DNA of 64,000 nt, taken from the NCBI RefSeq assembly GCF_025526975.1, contig NW_026515686.1:186001-250000 (forward strand), read 5' to 3'. The notes under the pieces were generated by a model. The model saw only the letters and a list, made by a program, of their open reading frames with translations. It did no database searches and was not told where the DNA came from. Positions 47,401 through 57,892 of this stretch are shown one piece after another. Position 1 is the first letter of the stretch. Every line of letters starts with the position of its first letter. This DNA is from Fimicolochytrium jonesii. Taxonomy: Eukaryota. The translations under genes and the position numbers were made by a program.

Positions 47401-48258
47401 AAGGTCAACCTCTCATCGGCGTTCCATCCCCAGAGCGATGGACAAACCGAGCGGACCAATCAGATTCTTGAGCAATACCTTCGCTGCTTTTGCAACTATC
47501 AACAAGATAACTGGAAAAAACTCTTGTCTTCCTGCTGAGTTCTCTTACAATAACACCATCCACTCCGCCACCCAGACAACCCCCTTCTACGCCAACTATG
47601 GGTTCCATCCTCGATTGGGTTCCGCAGTCTGGCTTCCGCCACCACAACCGAATCCCTTAATCCTGCAGCCGAAGCTCGTGCCAACCATCTCAAGGAAATC
47701 CATGAACAGCTCGCCACTGAGCTCAAGGAGGCCCAAGGACGCATGAAGCGCTTTGCCAATGCTAAGAGGGCACCTGGCCCAGACATGAAACCCGGGGACA
47801 GTGTCTGGCTCTTACAGCGGAATCTCAAGACTCTCCGACCTTCCCAGAAACTTGATCACCGTAAGATTGGCCCCTTCACAATCACGGAGAAGATCAACTC
47901 GGTCACATATCGCCTCAAGCTTCCCCCATCCTACAAAATTCACAACGTCTTCCATGTCTCCCTTCTTGAACCACGTTTCACCATTCCAGAGCGAACTGAG
48001 CCAGAACCCACCCCATCAGAAGAAGTCGAAGGACAGGAGGAATGGATTGTGGAAGACATTCTTGACTCCCGTATTCGACGCACGCAGCTTCAGTACCTCA
48101 TCAAGTGGCAGGGTTGGCCAAGCTCGGAGAACACATGGGAGCCAGTGGAACACCTTGCCCGATGTCAAGAGCTTGTTGCCCAGTTCCACCAAAAGTACCC
48201 CAACAAACCCCGACCAAAGCCTGCCAACATCAAAACAACATCCGGACGCCGTGGCTAA
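44395..48258 (+). pseudogene. pol: Pol of element A (entered by a -1 frameshift); carries inactivating-looking lesions
   Basis: PR LLDTGA. RT LCVDYRGLN and MPFGLTNAP, but SLDD instead of YLDD. RNase H DAS...KGLLAI (normally KELLAI). IN HHCC/DDE with a frameshift near 47520-47535. Chromodomain EEWIVEDILDSR...QYLIKWQGWPSSENTWEP. Confidence 0.93.
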
Positions 48259-50890
48259 AGGAGGGGGTGATGTTATGGACGACGCGTCCATACCATGCGC
48301 TTACCTCATGACAGCATCCCAACAGTCAGTCAATGTCAATTCCCTGTCAAAACCTGACATCTGCCAAACCTCGCAGCCGCACGCAGCCGCGCTACCCCAC
48401 ACCTGCCACTGCCTTCATTTCTCCACGCAGCCGCACGTAGCCACACCTCCCAACACTCGGCGCTTACAAACCCTTCTCCATACTTCCCCACGTACCCGCC
48501 CACAGCCTCAGCGTAGCCACCCCATCCCCAGTCTTCTGTTTCTATGCTTCCCCACCCTTGGCGCTTCTCTTGGCTTCCCTCTCATTCCGTACTCTTCTGC
48601 TTCCCCACGCTTCCCCAGCCTTCCCAGAAAAACATAAATAGCCGCCTCCCCTGAGCTCCCCACTTCCTGATCCCCCAGCAGATCAACACCAGTTCTTCCT
48701 AGTCTTGTTCTAGTTCTTGTTTCGGTCTGAATACCATTACCTGTCAACAACCTGCACCACAAGTCGCCTCTATTTCCATCGGCTCCGCCCATTCATAACA
48801 GTGGCTCAGATCTCTACTCAGAGAACTGAGCACGCACCAAGACAAGACAGGACTTGTCCAAGGCCCCACAGTCATCTGGGAAGACAACCAAGGAGCTATG
48901 GCACTCGCCACAAACCCAGTTCACCATGCACGAACCAAGCACATTGACATCCAATACCACTTCATTCGTGAACAAGTCGCACACAAGACAGTTACCCTCC
49001 AGTACTGCCCAACAAAGGAGATGATAGCTGATGTGCTCACCAAACCCCTCCCCATGCCGGACTTCACACCTCTGAGAGCTGCGATGCACTTAGAGGCTGC
49101 AAAGGATTCAAGTGAGAGAGCGTATTGAGATAGCGTCAAGATGCGGCACTTAGAAGGCTCTGCAAGACTTAGGACACGTCTTGGGAGGCTCTGAAGATGT
49201 CTGGACCGTTTCCCAGACATCCAGACGTTCTTAGAGCTCATAGCGGTCAGTAGTGCCCGTATGGAGCCGTGACCGGGTTGTAGTAGGTAGATTGGGCTTG
49301 ATTGAGCTTGTGGTAGCCTGTAGCACCTTCCGCGGACTTGGCAGACGCCCATGGGGAATCAGCAGGCACTTGTGAGGCTACACAGACTTGGCAAAACCTT
49401 ACAAACCTTACCAACCTTAACTGCGGCCCTCAGAGACGCCGTGGGTGTTCTGAGGGTGTAATGTGTTTTGGGTTGTCCAGTCTTATTGGAGAACGACACG
49501 TCAGCGGAACATGTATCGCTGTCCAAGTGAAACATGTTCCTGAGGTCAGCAAAAGACCTTTCGCTGTCCAAGGAAAGGTCTTTCCAGACAGCGTTCTCCA
49601 GTGGACTCCGACCTCATGGGTACTTTAACAGTGCTCGTCGCGCGTTCCTATGCACAACAAGTAGTTCTTCTACTACATATCGCATAGCCGACGAACACCC
49701 AGCCCGTCTACAATACCTTGCAGCAAGGTAGTTATTGTATACAAACATCAGTTATATGACCCGTGTGGAAGGTAGTCACATCACATGGTAGCATCACTCG
49801 TTCGAACAAAACAAGCTTTCTAGTAGATAAACACGTCGGGAACTTCAGCATCTCGAAATTGCGGACGTAGCAATCGTCACAGAACGTCGATACAACCCTT
49901 CCAGACGATTCAAATAGCCTTTAGGACGTCCAGGACAACGTCCACCGCAACTCCTGAAGCCCCTAGGGCGCTTTAGTCGAAAAGCGCCGACCTCTAGGTT
50001 ATTTACCTAGCGGAACAACCAATACGTCGCAACCACCTCGCTTTTCGCACCTGGATGGTTCAACAAACCTCCGTAACTCATAGTTTGCCATCCATACCTT
50101 ACTCTTTCGGTATATGAACATCTTGAGAGTATTCGTTCAACGGTCGACACGTAGTCCACATAAACGCGTGTTTACTAGTAGCCAATTAGTAACCTGTTTG
50201 CGGATCGGAAATCTACCCAGTAATTCGATCCACTTCAGACTCGGAAACCTCGTAGAGCACACTGAGCTTGAAGACTTGTGAAAGTTTCAAAGAGATTGGA
50301 CCTACGGATACGGAGATATCGAAAAATGCGCTAAATCGTTGCCACTATAACCTCCGTGTAGCAAAACTATCACAGTTTTGAGAGAAACGACCCCCGATCA
50401 AGTTCTTCCCGATCTAGAGAATAATCTTGAATTTACCTGAACGTTTTGGGATTTTTGAATCACTGCACAACAAGTTATCCGTCATCGCCTTCGTCGTTAA
50501 TTCGATACTTAAGCGAAAACGGGCGGATAGGAAAAGTCTTTCAGTTTTGGGACAGAGCTAAGCCGGTAGTGTTCTTCTTGATCCTCTCAAAGGCCTCTTT
50601 AAACTGATAGGTTCAGATCCTCTCTAGGATCAACGTAGCCAAAACCCGCCAACATCGGACACGGTGGATTTTGGGGATTTTTCGCTCAAAAAGAGGGAAA
50701 ATCTATGCCCGAATTTGGTTATTGCATACGGCATATACCTGATTCGAAAATGTAGTTGTTTGTGTGTATTTGCTTGAGGTACTGAGCTATACAACATCAA
50801 CGGAGTACTTCTGTCCGCATTCTGGACATATTCGTCGTTGTTTGAGGTTATTCAACCTGAAAACAAGATTACACTGGCCAGAAGGTCGTC

Positions 50891-52171
50891 ATGAGTACAT
50901 CAACGGGTAGTACAGTTATCACGCGTGAGGAAACTACTCCTGGAGGTACAGCTGTTATTACTGAGATTGTTGAGGAGCCAGAGACTTCAGTGGACAAACC
51001 TCGTGTTGAAGTTCGCCTTCCTCCTCGAACGACGGGCCCTGTTCCAATGGAGGGTATCCAAGTCGGTGGACCTCCTCCACCTCCTCCTGGCCACCCGCCC
51101 GCTGCGGCTATGTTGACGATCTCCGTCGAGGAGCTTAATGCCCGAATGAAGGCGGCTGCGGCTGCCGCTCGAGAAGAAGTTCGCAACACGCCGAGGAACA
51201 TCAAGCTCGACAGGAACGTTTGCAAGCTACGTTGGAGCGTGACTCCGCAATGCGCCGTGATGTGCTGCAGGATGGGTCCGTGGATCCGTTCTATATCGAG
51301 CAGCGTAGACATCATGGCACATGGATCTCGCAGCATCCGTTTAATGGCAAACGGCGCGAGGCCGCTTTTGTCGACACGTTTTTGCAGAACCATACGGACT
51401 TCATGGTTACTTTTGGTCTTCCGATTGACGACTTTAAGTACATGCAGAAGGTATCTAGCTCGCGTGAAGGCGACGCACGTACCTGGTTCGACACCGCATG
51501 CAGACTTGACATGTGGAAAGAGGATTTTGGAACGGCTTTCAAACTAGCCTTTTATCCTACGAACGCGAAAACCAACACGCTCAATGCTCTGCACCGAAGG
51601 ACTTTCCATAAGTCGATGGATTCATATGTGACGGAGTTCAAACGTATCGTTGCCGAGGCAAAGCGCAACCTGGAGGTTATCACCCCTGACGATTTGAAAA
51701 ATCTGTTCCTTTGTGGTCTTACTCGCGATAGGACCAACACCGTCGGCTATGAGATCGCCCAATTGTTGTTGCATACGATGGTCGATTATAGGGAGCAACA
51801 CCCTCTGCTCGCATTTCCATTGATTCGTTTGATGGATCGTGCGCTTAGTTCGTTTGCTGTACGTTGTCTCGCTGATAAAGGAACCGACGCAAACGATAAG
51901 GTGGTTGCTTCTGGTAGTAGTAATGCGCCTAAACATGCTAATGTCTCCTCTGCCGCGGGTACTGCGGGCAAGAAGGGGGGGGGGGGAAGCTAAAAAGGCG
52001 GAAGCTGCTAAACCTTACGCACGCCCTGACCTCTCGAACATGAAGTGTTTCGATTGTGGCGAGATGGGTCATTGTGCGCGAGATTGTCCTGAAAAGAAAA
52101 AGGATAAGAAGTCCGACGAGGCTAAGGATAAGCCGCGTTGGGATGCTGGTCAGAAGAAGGGTTTTCAGTAG
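50891..52171 (+). pseudogene. gag: Gag of family B copy 1 (frameshifted)
   Basis: Frames 50891-, 51220- and 51839- join across frameshifts near 51185 and the G-run near 51980. CCHC knuckle CFDCGEMGHCARDCP. Confidence 0.85.
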
Positions 52172-55100
52172 AGACGTTTAACAAAGACACCGTTTATTTG
52201 TCTCATTGTGCAATGGTGTCCTTCGAAGAGGAACTTGAGGCTATACGCCCTGAGATCCGCTGATGGTATACTGGTTGATTGTAGCAATACGTCTGCTGCG
52301 GGGGCGCGCCTGTGCCGGCCAGACGACACTGAAACCATTTTGAAGACTAGGCCGGAGCACTGCAACTGCAACCCGATGCGTTGATCGCACGATGTGCATT
52401 TGTAGTTCATGGCCAGTTGATTGGCAAGTTTTGTCGCATTCTGATCGATACAGGATGCACAACACTGATGGTACGTCAGGGATGGGTGTCGAAACATGGT
52501 TTCCAAGCCTATAACCCTAAAATGCCCATTGATGTCGCCTTGGGCGACGACGGCCATACATTCAATGCCAACAAGTTATTTTGTGGCGATCTACAGTTAT
52601 GGGGAGATGAACGACACTATTCCAGCGAACAGCTTCCATTTGTGGTCGCTCCTCTGCGTGCAGATGTTATCCTCGGATTGCCATGGATCTATATGCTTGA
52701 CAACGTCCGTTTTGAGCACATAGACGGTGTTCCCGTTCTGAGGTTTCGTTCAGAGGAAGTTAAGCATACCCTAGTTGCCCAACCCGTAACTAGGAAATGG
52801 GAATCTCATTTGTCCTGTAATGCGGCCGATCTGCGGACATTTGACACCAAAAAGAAGTCTAAACGCTTCAAGGCGGCGATGCCTGAACGTGACGACTCGA
52901 GTAAAGGGGTTGTAACTTATCAGAAGTTCAGTCGCTTATCTCGAAAAAAGGTGTATGGGAAATGTTTTATAGCGTACGCTATGGACATAGAGGCTGCTGT
53001 GAATGCGTCACCGGCTTATGTCCCCGCAGATGAGCGCAATCGCGCCGAACCAGAGCCAGAGGTTCAAAGAAGCGATATTTCAGGACAGAAGGTTGATTTG
53101 GGCGTGCCATTGGATCACCTTCTATATCCAACGTTAGAGAAGTACGTGGATAGTTTGTTTGTTGAGCACGCCGAGTTGCCGCCCAATAGGGGAGAGGATA
53201 ACTTCCATATTGAGTTGGAGCCGGGTACGAAGCCCGTCTTTAGTCCTTTAGGGCATGTGAGCGAAGCCAAACTCAAAGAGCTGAGTGAGAAGGTTACTCC
53301 CATGCTAGAGCGCGGTTGGATTCAACACTCGCAGAGCCCGTGGGGCGCCGCAGTGTTATTCGCTAAGAAAAAGGATGGCACTTTACGTATGTGCATTGAT
53401 TATTGTGGGCTAATAAAGCAACGATAAAAGATCGTACGCCGTTACCGAATCTTGCTGAGATCCGGGATTGGGTATGTGGAAAGAAATTCAAGTCGTTGTT
53501 GGACATCAAAGATGCGTATCACCGCCTCTCAGTTTGCAAGGCTGATAGGGACAAAACAGCGTTTCGGACGCTCTTTGGCCATTTTGAGTATTTGGTTATG
53601 CCATTCGGGCTGACGAATGCGCCAGCGACGTTCCAAAGGTTAACCAATAAGATATTGGGTAAGATGTACGATGCGTATGTCATCTCTTACCTAGACGATA
53701 TCTTAATCTTCTCGGAAACGGCCGAGGAGCATATTGCTCATGTAAACAGCGTTTTGGCTGTTCTCGCTGAGCATAAACTCTATGCTAAGCCGTCCAAATG
53801 CAAATGGATGCAGAAAGAGCTTGAATTCTGTGGCCATCTCTTAGGCGAAGATACGATGGCCATTGCATCCTCGAAATTGGACGCCGTGCAGAACTTTGCA
53901 CACCCTACGAAGCAGAAAGAGGTTCAATCTTTCTTAGGGTTAACAAATTATTTGAGTCAATACTTCAATCGTAATGCATACATCGCGTATCCATTGACAG
54001 AGCTACAGTTGGGCAAAAGGCCTTGGCACTGGCGCAATGTCGAAGAGACGGCTTCTGTTAAGCTGAAGGAAGCTATTATTACAGCTTCTATGCTCGCGTC
54101 TTACGACCCGGAGCGACATTTATACATGTTCATGGATGCATCGGGTTTTGCAATAGGAGGATGGCTCGCCCAGCCGGCGGATCCATCGGAGCACTACCCA
54201 TCACCGTTGCCTACCTCAGTGAAGGGATTTAAGAATCTACCACCGTTAAAGTCGATAGCTTTCTATGAGCAGAAGATGCAACCCGCTGAAACACGTTACC
54301 CCGTGCACAAACAAGAGCTATTAGCTTTGGTTAGCAGATGCAAGGCGAATAGGCATTACTTGCAGGATTGGACAAATGATCGCCCGTTTCGTGCGTTCAC
54401 CGATGACGCTAGTTTGGTCTGGCTGCAGACACAGCCCTTCCTGAGCCATTGCCAAGCACGATGGGTTGAATCCCTGCAACAATTCAAATTTGATATTGAA
54501 TATCAACCTGGTCGTTGGAACACCGTTGTGTTGAGCTGTAATCCATATTACGCGGAGCGCCGAGTGCAACAAGCAAGTGGAAATCGCTGCGACCATGGGG
54601 ATGTCCGTTGAGTATATTCCTTTAGGGAATGTTACGCTTGAAGATTGGATACGAACCTTGGCGGCTGATGAGTACCTCGCTTTGCGGAGAGAGGCGTTGT
54701 CACAGCCAAAGGAACGACAGTCTACATTCGATCGCTGTTTTTCGATCGATGACTATGGTTGTTTACTGTACCACGATAAGTTCTATGTGCCAGCTGCTTT
54801 ACGAGGAACTGTATTGCAGGCGTACCACGACTCGTTGCTCTCTGGCTCGCATATGGGGGTACAAGGTACATTGGGCAAGCTCCTACGTGAGTTTTACTCG
54901 CCCGATATCGACGCGGACGTGCGAGGGTACATCAAGACTTGTGGGTCTTGCCAAAGGTGCAAGTTGCCAAACAATAATCGTGTTGGCTTACTTTGTTTGC
55001 TCCCAGTTCCCGACCAACGTTGGCACACGATGGGTATGGACCCTGTCTCGATGCCAATAACACGGTCGTGGGGGGGGGAAGGAAGGTGCATAGTGATGCG

Positions 55101-56278
55101 TTCTACGACATTATTATTGTCTTCATCGATAATCTGTCAGGGCGCGCTACTTTATCCCTGCAAAATCCACGATAACTGCCGAGGAGTTGGCCCAGCTTTA
55201 CTTCCGTGAGGTATGGCCCCATACAGGTACTGCAGCTGTGATCGTCGGAGATCGAGATCCCCGCTACCTGGCAGACTTCTGGAAGGCGTTTCAATTGTTG
55301 TTGGGCTCTAAGCATAGCTTGAGCACGGCATTACACCAACAGACGGACGGAAAGGTCGAACGGTGTGTCTCTATCTTGAAGAAGATGATTAAACCGTACC
55401 TTAATGTAACGAGAGACGATTGGGTTGACAAACTGCCAATGTTGGAGTTTGCCTACAACCGTACGCAGAACAGCACTGGATACTGCCCTTTCGAGGTTGA
55501 TTTGGATAGAATTCCGCAGGCGCCAATGCATTGGCAAGTTGATGCAAAGGTGTTGCAACGTATGGGCGATACGTCGATCCCATTTTTGCATAAGTCACGA
55601 CGTGAGCTCATCACACAGATAGAGAAGCGTGCTGAGGCATACCGATCCATTGAACTCATAGTGCAGCAGAAACTGCGGGAAGCCCAGGACAAACAAGCGA
55701 AGTATTGCGATTGTGGAGGTCGTGTACAGAGCTTTCGTCCAGGAGATAAAGTCCTGTTGAACAGCGACGGGATAACGATCCCTGCTTTCAACAAGAAGCC
55801 GCTCAAGTTTAGACAGAGCTGGCTTGGACCCTTCATCGTAAAGAGGGAAGGACCACACCCGGAAACGTACGAGTTAGAGCTGCCAGCTTTGATGGGCGCT
55901 CTCTCCCCGGTCTTCCATACGGATATTTTGAAGCCTTGGCACAAGCCGACTTCAAATCCGCTGCGCATTGACGATGTAGAGGACTCTAACCCAGGGCCCA
56001 TCCAGGTCGAAGGCAAGGAAGAATGCTATGTCGATAAGATTATCGGACGTAGGTTGGTCCATGGAAAACCTGAGTATCTCGTTCAGTGGGTTGGTTACCC
56101 ACCTGAGCAGACGACATGGGAAACGCATGAGCAAGTGAACGACTGCGCTGCGTTAGACGACTTCATCTTGGTCCATGAGGAAGTAGAATCCGGTACAGAT
56201 AAGCGAAAGCGGAAGCGCTCTAAGGGAACTGAGGCTCTGCAACGCAAGAGTGCACGGTTGGCTGAGGGCCATGAATGA
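52159..56278 (+). pseudogene. pol: Pol of family B copy 1 (PR-RT-RH-IN-chromodomain), multiple frameshifts
   Basis: ILIDTGC, MPFGLTNAP, YLDDILIFS, DASGFAIGG, H-H-C-C zinc finger, DRDPR, WLGPF and chromodomain ECYVDKIIGRR...EYLVQWVGYPPEQTTWET. Confidence 0.93.
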
Positions 56279-57339
56279 TCTGTAGCCGGATGGGACCTTC
56301 TGTCCAATAAAAACATCTGATATGGTTGTGATCGAGTAGAGAAGTTCTCGTTCACGATATCTTTGGACATAAGTCAAAAGCTGTGAAAGGGATTGCAACG
56401 TGCTACACAAAACGAGTGTCAACACGACCCCTTGATGGTAAACGACATCCGCATTGGCTAATTGCGTTTACGGCCGCCGTCCGTAATGAGTAAGCAGGAA
56501 CTGATCACTCCTGGAGACTCGGTGGTGTGTATGCCTGGAGGTACACATAGGCGTTGACTCTAAATAATTGAGCTTCGTTGGCTCAGTGGATGCGTATATC
56601 CATTGCCCGACAACTTGTATAGGCAACGTGCGATACAATACAGCACACCCGTTGCATTCACAGCTGGGGAACCCGCTGCCGGTAGCTGGCAGCGTGGATG
56701 GCAATACCATTAAATTGGAATGGTTTGCAAGCGTCGATACCCACGACGGTCGTTGGGAAAGCCCACAAGATATGGTTATTTGGACTGACGACGACGAGGA
56801 CCATTAAAGGATTGCGCTGGGTGCGATCCCGGACACCTTCAGCTACAAATTCTACTTTGCTGGAGGTTCCTGGGCAGGTTCGCGTCGTAGAATCTGGGGG
56901 GGGTGTAATGTGTGTTGGGTTGTCCAGTCTTATTGGAGAATGACAAGTCAGCCGAACATGTATCGCTGTCTAACTGAAACATGTTCCCGAGGTCAGCGAA
57001 AGACCTTTCGCTGTCCAAGGAAAGGTCTTTCCAGACAGCGTTCTACAGTGGACTCCGACCTCATGGGTACTTTAACAGTGCTCGTCGCGCGTTCCTATCC
57101 ACAACAAGTAGTTCTTCTACTACATATCGCATAGCAGCGCCGACGAACACCCAGTCTGTCTACAATACCTTACAGCAAAGTAGTTATTGTATACGAACAT
57201 CAGTTATACGACCCGTGTGGAAGGTAGTCCACATCACAGAGGGGGTCTCAGAGGGTGCTTTGGACACCCCAGCACATAGCTAAATCTCCAAGAAAGAAGC
57301 CCCAGATTCATATAAAACGCAGACCTGTTGCCCATCCCC

Positions 57340-57892
57340 GCTTCTTTCTTGGGGATTTAGCTATGTGCTGGGGCGTCCAAAACACCCTCTGAGACCCCCT
57401 CAGAACGCCCAAGGCGTCTCTGAGTGCCGCATTAAGGTTGGTGAGGTTTTGCCAAGTCTGTGTAGCCTGCTGATGCCCCCATGGACGTCTGCCAAGTCCG
57501 CGGAGCCCGCGTCAGGTGCTACAGGCTTCCACAAGCTCAATAAAACCCAATCTAGCTACTACAAACCGATCACAACTCCATATGGGCACTACTGACCGCT
57601 GTGAGCTCTAAGAACATCATGAAAGCGCAGTGCTGACGCCTGGATGTTGGGGAAACGGTCCAGACATCTTCAGAGCCTCCCAAGATGCGTCCTAAGTCTT
57701 GCAGAGCCTTCTAAGTGCTGCATCTTGATGCTATTTGAGTACTCCCTCTCACTTGAATCCTTTGCAGCCTCTAAGTGCATCGCAGCTCTCAGACGTGTGA
57801 AGTCCGGCATGGGGAGGGGTTTGGTGAGCACATCAGCTATAATCTCCTTTGTTGGGCAGTACTGGAGGGTAACTGTCTTGTGTGCAACTTGT
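57340..57892 (-). mobile_element. Second Copia 3' end (RNase H C-terminus + 3' region), inverted and tail-to-tail with the first
   Basis: Minus-strand QVAHKTVTLQYCPTKEIIADVLTKPLPMPDFTRLRAAMHLEAAKDSSER matches 48972-49120. The remainder matches 49129-49456 and 57244-57300. Confidence 0.93.

Larger units (their letters stand above)
42915..48800 (+). mobile_element. Full-length Ty3/Gypsy chromovirus, family A (Tf1/sushi/Maggy-like), TSD GTGGC
   Basis: 530-bp LTRs at 42915-43444 and 48271-48800, with 2 differences seen. PPT aaaggagggggtga at 48257-48270. GTGGC at 42910-42914 and 48801-48805. Domain order gag-PR-RT-RH-IN-chromodomain. Confidence 0.98.
49457..57238 (+). mobile_element. Full-length degenerate Ty3/Gypsy chromovirus, family B copy 1, TSD GAGGG
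   Basis: LTRs 49457-49785 and 56904-57238 (tgtaatg...catcaca, visibly diverged). PBS TGGTAGCA at 49786 (tRNA-type, possibly initiator Met). G-run PPT at 56896-56903. GAGGG at 49452-49456 and 57239-57243. Confidence 0.96.
41240..57300 (+). mobile_element. 5'-truncated Ty1/Copia element (RT, RNase H and 3' end) hosting three nested insertions
   Basis: QEEGVDYNETFA, QMDVSTAFLN, LYGLQQTPREWN and YVDDLIL (41240-41806). PYRAIVGSLIY, SDSDWGG, ALSSTEGEY and AMW| (42424-42914). |LRSLLREL, DNQGAMALATNPVHHARTKHIDIQYHFIRE and ADVLTKPL to 49128. 3' non-coding sequence at 49129-49456 and 57244-57300. Confidence 0.95.

Noticed and set aside
47801..48637. 278-aa ORF running into the 3' LTR of element A
   Set aside because: It is an alternative frame of integrase plus C-rich LTR sequence with few stops.
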